DNA from: Nanobdellota archaeon
GTDB taxonomy: Archaea > Nanobdellota > Nanobdellia > Pacearchaeales > GW2011-AR1
NCBI GenBank assembly: GCA_020430505.1
Contig: JAGQJT010000002.1
Span: 27,343 to 91,342 of the forward strand
Length of the DNA stretch: 64,000 nucleotides
Direction of reading: 5' to 3'
Part shown: positions 17,984-26,752 of the stretch, piece by piece
Layout: every line of letters starts with the position of its first letter
Numbering within the stretch: the stretch's first letter is position 1
Translations under genes and position numbers: made by a program
Notes under the pieces: generated by a model
What the model saw: only the letters and a program-made list of their open reading frames with translations
Database searches by the model: none
What the model was told of the DNA's origin: nothing

Positions 17984-18626
17984 TTAATAGATTGTCCTTT
18001 AAACTTTTAAAAATTGCATTGAATACTTCTATATCTGTGGTTTCAGGCAAATTTAAGTTTATTGAATAAGAAAACCCTAACGGGAATTTCTTATGAAGAT
18101 TAAACGATTCTACAGGAACTTTTTTACTCTCATTAAAAGATTGTTGAGTTACCTCTTGTTTTTTCTTTTCGATCTTTTCTTCTTTATACGATTCTGGAGA
18201 TTTAAACTCCGCTAAATCTACGAGTTTTTGGAAAGTCCCTACTGCGGAAGACAATCTTTGATCATCATTACCCCAACCAGTAACCCTTTTTATTAATTCC
18301 TGAATGTCTGATTGAGGTAATTCATGAGCCTTTACATTGGCTTGAAAAAGCATAGAATAGCATTCCTTAATTTGTTTTCCCAAGATTTCTTTTGATAAAG
18401 AGATTACTCTAAAATCTTTATATATTTGGGTGGGAATATTTTCTTGAGATAAAAAACCTAACCGTTTTAAGAAAGAAATCAAAGCACGATCGCTAGTGGA
18501 TTTGAATCCCAATGTGTTGTATAAAAAATCATGAGTAAATTTTTGAGGAACTGCCGCATTTTTTATGCTTTCAAGTAGCTCTTTTATTTTCCCATAAGAA
18601 TTTACATAAAGAGGCTGTTCAACCAT
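17973..18626 (-). CDS. Uncharacterised partner protein of the HEPN module
   Basis: 217 aa; conserved-looking N-terminal alpha-helical segment FTHDFLYNTLGFKSTSDRALISFLKRLGFL; no catalytic motif recognised; co-oriented with and overlapping the HEPN gene. Confidence 0.5.
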   Translation of the reverse strand: MVEQPLYVNSYGKIKELLESIKNAAVPQKFTHDFLYNTLGFKSTSDRALISFLKRLGFLSQENIPTQIYKDFRVISLSKEILGKQIKECYSMLFQANVKAHELPQSDIQELIKRVTGWGNDDQRLSSAVGTFQKLVDLAEFKSPESYKEEKIEKKKQEVTQQSFNESKKVPVESFNLHKKFPLGFSYSINLNLPETTDIEVFNAIFKSLKDNLLNEE

Positions 18627-18691
18627 CTAATTACTGGATAATTTAACTATAAAAACATTTTTATACTCGAATATATGCCTATTTCTGTAGA

Positions 18692-18982
18692 CTAGATCGG
18701 CAGGTTAGCCCCCTGCTCATGTGCAAACGGGCTTTATGGCAGACTACGGGTGAAGTGTGATTGAAGAGTCAAGAAGTCTTTGTTCGGACGTTGACGTTTT
18801 GTCCACTTTGATCTTGTAGATGCGAAACGGGTCAGGCCTTGATCGGAGCAGCCCTAAACACCTATTAAGATGCTTGGTGGGTCGCAGAACCGAGGAAGAA
18901 TGAAGGTAGCTTTTTGGTAATTCTCGAGCTGGTCACCCGGTCTACACGCGAAGGACACCTACGGTTTCCTACCGCTCTACCT
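18692..18982 (+). ncRNA. ffs: Signal recognition particle RNA (archaeal 7S / SRP RNA)
   Basis: About 290-nt island of much higher GC than its surroundings. It contains GGUCAGGCC...GGAGCAGCCCUAAAC, which matches the universally conserved helix-8 core (E. coli CAGGUCCGGAAGGAAGCAGCC; human CAGGUCGGAAACGGAGCAGGUCAAAAC), and GUGGGUCGC matching human helix 6 GUGGGAUCGC. A terminal helix pairs UAGAUCGGCAGG (18694-18705) with CCUACCGCUCUA (18968-18979) at 10 of 12 positions. Confidence 0.7.
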
Positions 18983-19042
18983 TCCATTAAGTTTGTCTTA
19001 TCATCACAATAATTCTTAAAAAGACAAAAAAGATTAAATTTT

Positions 19043-19360
19043 ATGAGATCTTTAGATCAACAACAAGAATTGAAAAAAGGAATGGATGAGATAAAAAAAG
19101 AAAATCCCAATTTCCATGTAGGAGAATCTTGTATAGGAGAAATTTGTCCTGTGGATAATTGTGGAAAAGATGCAACTCACAAAGTAGGAGAGGAAATTCT
19201 TTATGGTGATCCAAGCCCCGATAGACACAATCTAACAAGTTATGTTTGTTGTGAACATTATCAGAAAATTTTCGGAAAAGTAGCAGAATTGCAATGCAAA
19301 GTTAGAAAACATGATTTATATGAAAAATTAGCATCAGGAGTAGCAGATTCAAAACCTTAA
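19043..19360 (+). CDS. Small Cys-rich (putative Zn-binding) protein
   Basis: 105 aa; CIGEICPVDNC...CCEHY...C; no TM helix. Confidence 0.4.
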   Translation: MRSLDQQQELKKGMDEIKKENPNFHVGESCIGEICPVDNCGKDATHKVGEEILYGDPSPDRHNLTSYVCCEHYQKIFGKVAELQCKVRKHDLYEKLASGVADSKP

Positions 19361-19385
19361 TAAATAATCTTTCTCTAATAAAATC

Positions 19386-19901
19386 ATGAGAGGTGTGAAA
19401 GGGCAATTCTATTTTATAGCTGCGATAATTGTTGTTCTGGCGGTTATAGGATTCGTGACAATTGCAAACTTTTCTAAAACAACTCATGATAGAGAATTAA
19501 GTGAACTAAAACAAGAATTAGATATAGAAATAGAATACCTCTTTGAATATTTAACATACAACCCTAGTGTAATCCCCAGTACAATTTATGAAGACTTTAT
19601 AGATAATTATGTGGAAGAAATAGGAAACAGAAATATAATCTTCATTTATGGAACTCAAGGAGACATGAGAATTAGAGGTTACAAATATTATGAAAGTTAT
19701 TTAAGTTATTCTGCAGATGACAACGAAGGAATACAATTTTCTGGAACGCCTCAATCAATAAATCAGGGAACCTCTGCTTCAACATCTATAACAATAAATT
19801 ACAATGGAAACGACTACAAATTTGATTTGAAAGAAGGACAAAACTTTTATTATCTAATTACTAAAGAATATAAAGGTGAAAAACAAATAATTAAAGGGTG
19901 A
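19386..19901 (+). CDS. Type IV pilin-like protein (class III signal peptide)
   Basis: MRGVKGQFYFIAAIIVVLAVIGFV = basic residues, KG|Q, then a hydrophobic helix. Confidence 0.6.
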   Translation: MRGVKGQFYFIAAIIVVLAVIGFVTIANFSKTTHDRELSELKQELDIEIEYLFEYLTYNPSVIPSTIYEDFIDNYVEEIGNRNIIFIYGTQGDMRIRGYKYYESYLSYSADDNEGIQFSGTPQSINQGTSASTSITINYNGNDYKFDLKEGQNFYYLITKEYKGEKQIIKG

Positions 19902-19905
19902 AACA

Positions 19906-20478
19906 ATGAGAAAACTTGAATTTGAAAAAAAGAGGAGTAAAAAGGGATTGAGTGTGATGTTAGGGTATGTACTTTTAGTTTCTTTTGGGATTATAATGAG
20001 TGTTATTGTTTATTCTTACTTGAAGACATATGTTCCAAGAGAAGTTACAAGTTGCCCTGATGCAGTATCACTTTTTATAAAAAGTGCACAATGCACTGAT
20101 GACGGAGAGTTAAATTTAACAATTAGAAATAATGGAAAATTCAATGTTGCAGGATACTATGCTTTTGCATCTGAAGAAGATCCAAATGCGGTAGCGACGA
20201 CATCAATTGCGAGTCAAGTTATGGAAGAGGTAGGAGGACCAATATTTGTTCCAAGCTATGTCAATTTTGGAATTCCAGTATCACAAGAGCTAGAAACCAA
20301 CAATACTTTATTTCCTTCAGAAGAAGCAAATCATTTATTCAGATTAAGTCAACAAATAGAAAGAATTGAGATAATCCCCGTAAGATACGTTAAAGAGGGA
20401 ACAAGAGAGAGACTTGCAAGTTGTACAAATGGAAAAGTATTTGAAATAGTGAATTGCGGACCATACAATCCAGCTTAA
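19906..20478 (+). CDS. Type IV pilin-like protein
   Basis: KKGLSVMLGYVLLVSFGIIMSVIV, with KG|L. Confidence 0.6.
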   Translation: MRKLEFEKKRSKKGLSVMLGYVLLVSFGIIMSVIVYSYLKTYVPREVTSCPDAVSLFIKSAQCTDDGELNLTIRNNGKFNVAGYYAFASEEDPNAVATTSIASQVMEEVGGPIFVPSYVNFGIPVSQELETNNTLFPSEEANHLFRLSQQIERIEIIPVRYVKEGTRERLASCTNGKVFEIVNCGPYNPA

Positions 20479-20515
20479 AGAAAGAATTTAAAAATAAAAG
20501 AAACATAATAAAAAA

Positions 20516-20977
20516 ATGAGGGAAAATAAAAGAGGACTGTCCCCGGTCGTTGCGACCATGCTTTTGATAGTAATTGTAATAGTCATTGCATTGATAATAT
20601 TTCTTTGGCTAAGAGGTTTAAATGAAGAAGCGATTACAAAATTTGATGGGACAAATGTTAAACTAGTTTGCGAAGATGTGTTTTTTGATGCAAGTTTTTT
20701 ACAAACAGGAAATAATATTTATATTCAAAATATTGGGAACGTGCCAATTTATCAAATAAAAGCACAAGTTTATTCTGCAGGTTCACATGAAACAATTACA
20801 TTTGAAACTGATTGGCCTTCAAACGGCTTGAACCCAGGTTCTAGTTATGCGGGAGTTCTAAATCAAGCAAGCGGTGCGGATAGAATTTTATTACTTCCAG
20901 TTTTAAGAGGCCATTCTAAAAGCGGAGAAAAAACTTACACTTGTGATGAGAGGCACGGGTATGAGATAATTGTATAA
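20516..20977 (+). CDS. Type IV pilin-like protein (archaeal pilin/archaellin N-terminal domain)
   Basis: MRENKRGLSPVVATMLLIVIVIVIALIIF; RGLSPVVATMLLI is the canonical archaeal class-III motif. Confidence 0.7.
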   Translation: MRENKRGLSPVVATMLLIVIVIVIALIIFLWLRGLNEEAITKFDGTNVKLVCEDVFFDASFLQTGNNIYIQNIGNVPIYQIKAQVYSAGSHETITFETDWPSNGLNPGSSYAGVLNQASGADRILLLPVLRGHSKSGEKTYTCDERHGYEIIV

Positions 20978-21492
20978 TGAACAAAAAAGCTCTTTCCGCA
21001 GTTGTCGGCACATTAGTTTTGATTGGAGTTACAATGGCAGCTGCAGCATTAGTTTTAGGATTCGTTAGATTTTTCGTCCAAGACAAATTAACCAACTCTA
21101 AAGGTTGTTTAGATATCTTAGAAAAAATAGAGCTAAATGAAGATTATACATGTTACAATTCAAGTACTACAGAGGGAAATGAAAAAGTTTTAGTTTCTTT
21201 GTCTAGAGGAGAAGTTAGTTTAGATTCTGTCATTATTACAATTTCTTCAGAATATGAATCAAAGACTTTTTCACTGACGGATTTCCAAGAAACGATTTCT
21301 GGAGTTCTTCCTTATGGATTTTCCGAAGCACAAACAGTATCCCTTCCAGGAAATGAAAGTGGAAAAACATATGTTGTTGATTGGCCATTAAGTAATTATG
21401 GTGTTGTCCAAACAGTAGAGATAGCTCCAGTGATTGATGGAAAAGCTTGTGAAGTTTTAGAAAAGATGGATACATTAGCTAACTGTTTTTAA
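20977..21492 (+). CDS. Type IV pilin-like protein
   Basis: MNKKALSAVVGTLVLIGVTMAAAALVLGF; TAATG overlap with the upstream pilin gene. Confidence 0.6.
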   Translation: MNKKALSAVVGTLVLIGVTMAAAALVLGFVRFFVQDKLTNSKGCLDILEKIELNEDYTCYNSSTTEGNEKVLVSLSRGEVSLDSVIITISSEYESKTFSLTDFQETISGVLPYGFSEAQTVSLPGNESGKTYVVDWPLSNYGVVQTVEIAPVIDGKACEVLEKMDTLANCF

Positions 21493-21537
21493 CCAATCAT
21501 TAACTATTTAAATCATTGTGAATTAATCTCTATAAAG

Positions 21538-22065
21538 ATGGTGGTAAAAAAAAGAGGACAAGTTTGGGTAGAAACTGTAACATATACTTTAATTGCTTTT
21601 GTGATGATTGGATTGGTCCTTTCTTTTGCCAGACCAAAAATCGAAGAAATGCAAGATAAAGTCATCATCGAACAATCGGTTAGCATGTTAAAAGAAATAG
21701 ACCAAACAATTCAAGAAGTGGGTGAAGGAGAAATCGGGAACAAAAGAAAAATAGAAGTTACAATAAAAAAAGGTTCTCTTGAAATTTTTCCTGAAGACAA
21801 TAACTTAAGTTTTAAAATAGAAAGTAGGTATTTATACAGCGAACCAGGACAAGAATACCAAGAGGGAAACTTAAAGATAATAACTGTAGAAAAAGGAAAA
21901 TATAATGATCTCACAATAAACATGACAATAGATAGTTCACTTTATGATTTAGAGTATCAAGGTGGAGAAGATAAAAAAATAATTACAAAATCTCCAAACC
22001 CTTACAACTTTTTCATATCAAAAAAACAGGGAACTCCTGCAATAATAAATTTTGAGGTTGAATAG
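21538..22065 (+). CDS. Type IV pilin-like protein
   Basis: MVVKKRGQVWVETVTYTLIAFVMIGLVLSF, with RG|Q. Confidence 0.6.
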   Translation: MVVKKRGQVWVETVTYTLIAFVMIGLVLSFARPKIEEMQDKVIIEQSVSMLKEIDQTIQEVGEGEIGNKRKIEVTIKKGSLEIFPEDNNLSFKIESRYLYSEPGQEYQEGNLKIITVEKGKYNDLTINMTIDSSLYDLEYQGGEDKKIITKSPNPYNFFISKKQGTPAIINFEVE

Positions 22066-22066
22066 A

Positions 22067-23629
22067 ATGAAAGAAAAAAGAAGAAAATTAGGAATTCAAG
22101 ATTACCCCCAGGTTGCCATAGATTTCTCTCCCAGAATTCCAAAATTACAGAGAGTCAAAGATAAATCAAAGATAAATGTAAGATACTGCTTAATTGCTCC
22201 TTTCACATATGTTCACATTTATTGGGATTCCAAAGAGTTTGAAGTAGTTTATGAAATAGAGGAACCAAGGCTTGATGAAAAAGAAGAGATGAGCATGAGA
22301 CAAATAATTTCTGCAATGAAAAATATGATTGATTTTGATGAAGTAGTTAAAAAAAATAGAGATTCTTTATTTGAGTACATAGATAAAAGATTTAAGATGT
22401 TAGCAATAGAACTTGGAATGGACCTTTCATACGCAAGCTACAAAAAAATATATTATTATTTGTGTAGAGATTTCATTGGGTTCAACGAGACTGAGCCTTT
22501 GTTAAGAGATTACTTTGTTGAAGATATAGAGTGTAATGGAATTAATTCGCCTGTGTATATTGTTCATAGAGTTTTTAGAAACTTGAAAACAAATTTAGTA
22601 TTTAGAGAGAATAGTATTCTAGAAAGTTTTGTAGAAAAACTTGCCCAAAGATGTGGAAAATATATCTCCTATGCACGACCTATTCTGGATGGTAGTTTGC
22701 CCGATGGTTCGCGTGTAAATGCTACTTATACAAAAGACATTACAAGTCGTGGTCCAACATTCACAATAAGAAAATTCACAAAGAAACCTTGGACACCTCC
22801 ACAACTTATTGGATTTAATACATTAAGCCCGGAAATGTTGGCTTACCTATGGATGCTTATCGAGTATAAAATGAACGTTTTAATAATTGGGGGAACTGCT
22901 TCAGGTAAAACGACCTTACTTAATGCGATTGCGTTCTTTATTCCTCCAGAGTCAAGAGTTGTAAGTATTGAAGATACTCGTGAATTAAATTTGCCTAGGG
23001 AGAACTGGTTGCCTAGTGTTTCACGTTCTGCAACGGGAGTTGGAAATATGGGGGAAATTGATTTGCATGAATTACTTAAAAGTTCGTTCAGACAGAACCC
23101 AGATTATGTGATTGTTGGTGAAGTTAGAGGTAAAGAAGCATACGTTCTATTCCAGGGTATGGCTTCGGGACACTCCTCCATCAGTACAATACACGCGGAC
23201 TCGGTAGAAACTGTAATTAAAAGACTGGAAACTCCTCCGATTGAACTTTCTCCTTCACTAATGAATGTTTTGGATAGTGTTTGTATTATGACCCACGCAA
23301 TTGTTCAAAAAAGGGAAACAAGAAAGTTGAGAGAAATTGTAGAAATTGTAAATGTTACTCAAGACGGAATTGCAATGACAAATACTCCTTTCAAATGGAA
23401 TTCAATGGAAGACCAATTCTATTTCAAAAAAGAAAGTAAATTATTCGACAAAATTTCTAAAAGATATGGCCTTACAAGAGAAGAATTAATTTCAGAATTT
23501 CAGAGAAGAACCAAACTATTGTATAAACTATATCAAATGAAAAAATTTGAATTTGAGGAAGTTCAAGAAATAGTAAATGAGTATTACAAAAGACCTGAAG
23601 AGATACTTAAGAGATTTGGAATACAATAA
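22067..23629 (+). CDS. Type IV pilus/archaellum assembly ATPase (FlaI/PilB/VirB11 secretion-ATPase family)
   Basis: ORF track starts at TTG 22052; ATG is at 22067. Walker A is GGTASGKTTLLNAIAFF, Walker B DYVIVGEVRG, the His box is present, and the N-terminal domain is typical of FlaI/TadA. Confidence 0.8.
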   Translation: MKEKRRKLGIQDYPQVAIDFSPRIPKLQRVKDKSKINVRYCLIAPFTYVHIYWDSKEFEVVYEIEEPRLDEKEEMSMRQIISAMKNMIDFDEVVKKNRDSLFEYIDKRFKMLAIELGMDLSYASYKKIYYYLCRDFIGFNETEPLLRDYFVEDIECNGINSPVYIVHRVFRNLKTNLVFRENSILESFVEKLAQRCGKYISYARPILDGSLPDGSRVNATYTKDITSRGPTFTIRKFTKKPWTPPQLIGFNTLSPEMLAYLWMLIEYKMNVLIIGGTASGKTTLLNAIAFFIPPESRVVSIEDTRELNLPRENWLPSVSRSATGVGNMGEIDLHELLKSSFRQNPDYVIVGEVRGKEAYVLFQGMASGHSSISTIHADSVETVIKRLETPPIELSPSLMNVLDSVCIMTHAIVQKRETRKLREIVEIVNVTQDGIAMTNTPFKWNSMEDQFYFKKESKLFDKISKRYGLTREELISEFQRRTKLLYKLYQMKKFEFEEVQEIVNEYYKRPEEILKRFGIQ

Positions 23630-23678
23630 ATTCTTAGCAAAAAGAAATATTTAATAATGCAAATTTGTTATCACTAGT

Positions 23679-23843
23679 ATGCAGAAAGGGGAGATAAATT
23701 ATTTGAAAAAATTAGTAGGCGCTTCTTATAAAAGTTTAGAGAAATTGAAAAAGGCTTTGGATGAAAAAAAGATAAATGACACTCAAAGCTCTAGGGATGA
23801 AATATTAAGTTTTCAAAACAAAATTGTGGAGGCTTTTAAATGA
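23679..23843 (+). CDS. Small (54-aa) protein coupled to the platform gene
   Basis: Not in the ORF track. MQKGEINYLKKLVGASYKSLEKLKKALDEKK... is predicted helical; its ATGA overlap with the 23840 start suggests co-translation. Confidence 0.3.
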   Translation: MQKGEINYLKKLVGASYKSLEKLKKALDEKKINDTQSSRDEILSFQNKIVEAFK

Positions 23844-25168
23844 TTGAAGAGGGAGAAAGCAGAGTAAGCAAGATTAAAACTCTGCTAGATGAACAAAATA
23901 AATCCGTCGAGGATTTACAAAGATACTCTGAAGAATTGTTGAAAGAAGGATATCTAAAAAATGAGAGAAGCATAATTCAAAAAAGAGTAGAAAGTTTGAA
24001 AGAAGAAATAATTGATTCTAAGAAAGCTATTGAAAAATTGCTTTTGGAAATTGGAAAGAAAAAAGAAGACATAGAAAAAGAGTTGTTGAAAAAACCAACT
24101 TCAATAAAAGAATCAGAAAACTATTATTTTCAAGAAGGAAATACTCTCAAAACCAAAGGAGGTAAAACTTACAGGCTTGGGGATTTAAAAGCAAAGAGGC
24201 TTGAAAAAGAAACCTTAAGAAGACTTAGAACCAAGAAGAAAGATAAAGAAGTTAGAAGATCAAAAAAGACAAAATATTCGGAAGTTTCTAGTAGAATATT
24301 TTCAAAACTTTCTAAAAAGCTCTTAGGAAAAGAATCTTTCAAGGAGCTTGAAAAAAATTTAATAAAAGCTAATCTAGATTACGCCCCTACAGGATACATC
24401 TCAATGATCCTGTTTACAACAATTCTTGCCGCAATAGTTGGAGGATTTATTTTCTTGTTTTTCTTATTTTTTGGAATAGAGGCTACAGTTCCGTTCATAA
24501 AGAGGTCGGTTGATTCAATAAGCATTAGATTCTTGAAAGTATTTTGGATATTGATTCTTGCCCCATTGGGAACGTTCATAATGATGTATTTATATCCTTC
24601 GATGGAGAAAAAATCAGCAGAAGCAAGAATAAACACTGAACTTCCTTTCGCTACAATCCACATGTCTGCAATTTCCGGATCGATGATCAATCCAATCAAA
24701 ATATTTGAGATTATTGTTTCCACAAAGGAATATCCTTATTTAGAGAAAGAATTCAAAAAACTTCTTAATGAAATTAATGTTTATGGCTCAGATTTAGTTA
24801 GCGCATTAAAAAATAGCGCAAGAAACACTCCAAGTAAAAAGCTTTCTGAATTACTAAATGGTTTGGCCACAACAATTAATTCAGGAGGAGACTTGCCAAA
24901 ATTCTTTGAAAAAAGATCTGAGAATTTAATGTTTGAATATAGAATAAATCGTGAAAAAGCAACTAAAGCTGCAGAAACTTTCATGGATATTTATATTAGT
25001 GTGGTTGTTGCCGCACCGATGATTTTAATGCTTTTATTAATGATGATGAAGATAAGTGGTCTTGGATTAGGATTGAGTGTTTCTGCTATAACTTTAATGA
25101 TGATTTTAGGAGTCTGTGTAGTGAATATTATTTTCTTGACGTTCTTACACATGAAAAGGAGTGAATAA
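23840..25168 (+). CDS. Pilus platform membrane protein, T2SSF domain (FlaJ/TadB-like half) with N-terminal coiled-coil extension
   Basis: 442 aa; the first about 190 aa are a K/E-rich predicted coiled coil; then a TM region with a T2SSF-like segment (LSELLNGLATTINSGGDLPKFFEKRSENL). Confidence 0.65.
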   Translation: MIEEGESRVSKIKTLLDEQNKSVEDLQRYSEELLKEGYLKNERSIIQKRVESLKEEIIDSKKAIEKLLLEIGKKKEDIEKELLKKPTSIKESENYYFQEGNTLKTKGGKTYRLGDLKAKRLEKETLRRLRTKKKDKEVRRSKKTKYSEVSSRIFSKLSKKLLGKESFKELEKNLIKANLDYAPTGYISMILFTTILAAIVGGFIFLFFLFFGIEATVPFIKRSVDSISIRFLKVFWILILAPLGTFIMMYLYPSMEKKSAEARINTELPFATIHMSAISGSMINPIKIFEIIVSTKEYPYLEKEFKKLLNEINVYGSDLVSALKNSARNTPSKKLSELLNGLATTINSGGDLPKFFEKRSENLMFEYRINREKATKAAETFMDIYISVVVAAPMILMLLLMMMKISGLGLGLSVSAITLMMILGVCVVNIIFLTFLHMKRSE

Positions 25169-26043
25169 TGGAATTAAAAAAGAATCAATTAATATTTGTG
25201 GGATTGGGAATAGCAATAATTGCAGTGGCGTATTTCACCCTTGGGCCTAGACTCTTTCCACTTGCCGCAGGATTTGGAGCTTTGATAGCTGCATCTCCAT
25301 TTGTCCTTGGAATGATAAAAGACATAAGAATTGCAAGCGAAAAAGAGGAAATGTTCCTTGAATTTGCAAGAAATCTTGTAGAGAGTGTAAAAACTGGAAC
25401 ACCAATAAGTAAGAGTATAACTAATACAAAAGATAAAGATTATGGGGTTCTTTCAGCACATATTGGAAAACTTGCAAATCAAATAAATTTAGGAATTCCT
25501 TTAATAAATGCCTTAGAGATATTCGCAAAAGACGTCAGGAACAAATCAATCTCAAGAGCTTTGACCTTGATAGGACAAGCAGAAAGAGCAGGAGGGGAAA
25601 TTGGAGAGATCCTTGAAGCTGTTGCTGAAGCGGTTAGCATGACAGACAAATTAAAAAAAGAAAGAAAAGCTTCAATTTCAACTTTAGTTGTTCAAGGTTA
25701 TATAATTTTCTTAATATTCATATTAATCATTTTAGTTATGCAATTTCAAATAATCCCAATGGTTAGTGGAATTGCAGATAGTGGAACAGATTTGGGAGGC
25801 AGTTCAGCAGGGGGAGTTAGTGGATTTGGGATAGGTTTAACTGGAGGAGTAACTGGAGGGGAAGTTACACAAGACGAAATCTCCAACTCATTTTTATATT
25901 TAATATTGGTGCAGGGCTTCTTCACAGGATTAACAATAGGAAAGCTTTCAGAAGGAAGTCTTAAGGCAGGAGTTAAACATTCTTTTTCATTAATGTTTTT
26001 GTCTTTCCTTATATCTGCAGCAGCAAATGTTTTATTAGGATAA
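25168..26043 (+). CDS. Pilus platform membrane protein, T2SSF domain (FlaJ/TadC-like half)
   Basis: 291 aa; T2SSF-like segment ISRALTLIGQAERAGGEIGEILEAVAE; TAATG overlap with the upstream half; Gly-rich loop GGSSAGGVSGFGIGLTGGVTGG. Confidence 0.65.
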   Translation: MELKKNQLIFVGLGIAIIAVAYFTLGPRLFPLAAGFGALIAASPFVLGMIKDIRIASEKEEMFLEFARNLVESVKTGTPISKSITNTKDKDYGVLSAHIGKLANQINLGIPLINALEIFAKDVRNKSISRALTLIGQAERAGGEIGEILEAVAEAVSMTDKLKKERKASISTLVVQGYIIFLIFILIILVMQFQIIPMVSGIADSGTDLGGSSAGGVSGFGIGLTGGVTGGEVTQDEISNSFLYLILVQGFFTGLTIGKLSEGSLKAGVKHSFSLMFLSFLISAAANVLLG

Positions 26044-26049
26044 ATTAAT

Positions 26050-26751
26050 ATGAAAAACAAAAAAGGGACCCATGTTGGAATAATTTTATCATTTGTTATA
26101 TTCATCGGATTTTTAGTTTTTGCTGCATATTCCTTGAAAATTCCGACGAAAACGGAAGATATAAAGTTAAATTCTTTAGAGTCAATGAAAATAAATGTCT
26201 TAAATGAAGTTTCTCTTGAGACCTCTAGCATCTTTATAGAAGAACTTAGTTCTGCAAGTTGTGGAGTCTTTACAGAAGAAAATTATGGAATAGAACCTAT
26301 GAACTTTAGTGTAAAAAATTCTGAAGGGCAATTTGTGGCATCATACAGAGAGTCCCTTTCAGGAAGAGTTTACTTTGAAAAGAACATTGAACCAGGGTTT
26401 TACAAAATAATCTACTCTTCAAGAAAATTAAATTACATGCAAGCTTCAGATGAATTAGATTCTTGCGAGGAAGTAAATGTTGAAACTGTCCTTACGAAAA
26501 AACAAGTTGTTGAAGAGAAAATTATAGAAATGATTCAGGAATACCAAAACGACTATGTTTCTTTGAAATCCAGACTGAATGTTGCCCCAGATAATGAATT
26601 TGGAGTGCAATTCTCATATTCAAATGGAACGACGATTGGGCAAAGCCCTGATGATAAAAGAACAGACATTTTTATAAAAAAATTTCAAGTAGTTTATTTG
26701 AATGAAAATGCTGAGAAAGAAACTGGAGACTTCACAATTTCAATTTGGTAA
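26050..26751 (+). CDS. Pilin-like / pilus-associated protein
   Basis: MKNKKGTHVGIILSFVIFIGFLVFAAYSL = KKG|T plus a hydrophobic helix. Confidence 0.45.
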   Translation: MKNKKGTHVGIILSFVIFIGFLVFAAYSLKIPTKTEDIKLNSLESMKINVLNEVSLETSSIFIEELSSASCGVFTEENYGIEPMNFSVKNSEGQFVASYRESLSGRVYFEKNIEPGFYKIIYSSRKLNYMQASDELDSCEEVNVETVLTKKQVVEEKIIEMIQEYQNDYVSLKSRLNVAPDNEFGVQFSYSNGTTIGQSPDDKRTDIFIKKFQVVYLNENAEKETGDFTISIW

Positions 26752-26752
26752 A

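Noticed and set aside
18692-18982. RNase P RNA as an alternative identity for the GC-rich island
   Set aside because: Neither strand has the RNase P P4/CR-I (GNAANNUC...AGGAAAGUC) or CR-V elements, whereas the plus strand has the SRP helix-8 core GGUCAGG...GGAGCAGCC.
22052-22066. TTG-initiated ORF-track starts for the ATPase and other genes (9047, 11863, 35414, 38715, 41366, 44946-45221, 57158, 60875, 62814)
   Set aside because: Each listed ORF begins at TTG, which the track translates as M. A downstream ATG giving a signal peptide or a non-overlapping start exists in each case and was used instead.
25746-26231. 161-aa minus-strand ORF inside the platform gene
   Set aside because: It is antisense to the T2SSF platform gene and the downstream pilin-like gene. 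It is also among the many short antisense ORFs in the track (for example 4397-4621, 7012-7338, 28063-28401, 44247-44570, 51483-51866), none of which has motifs.
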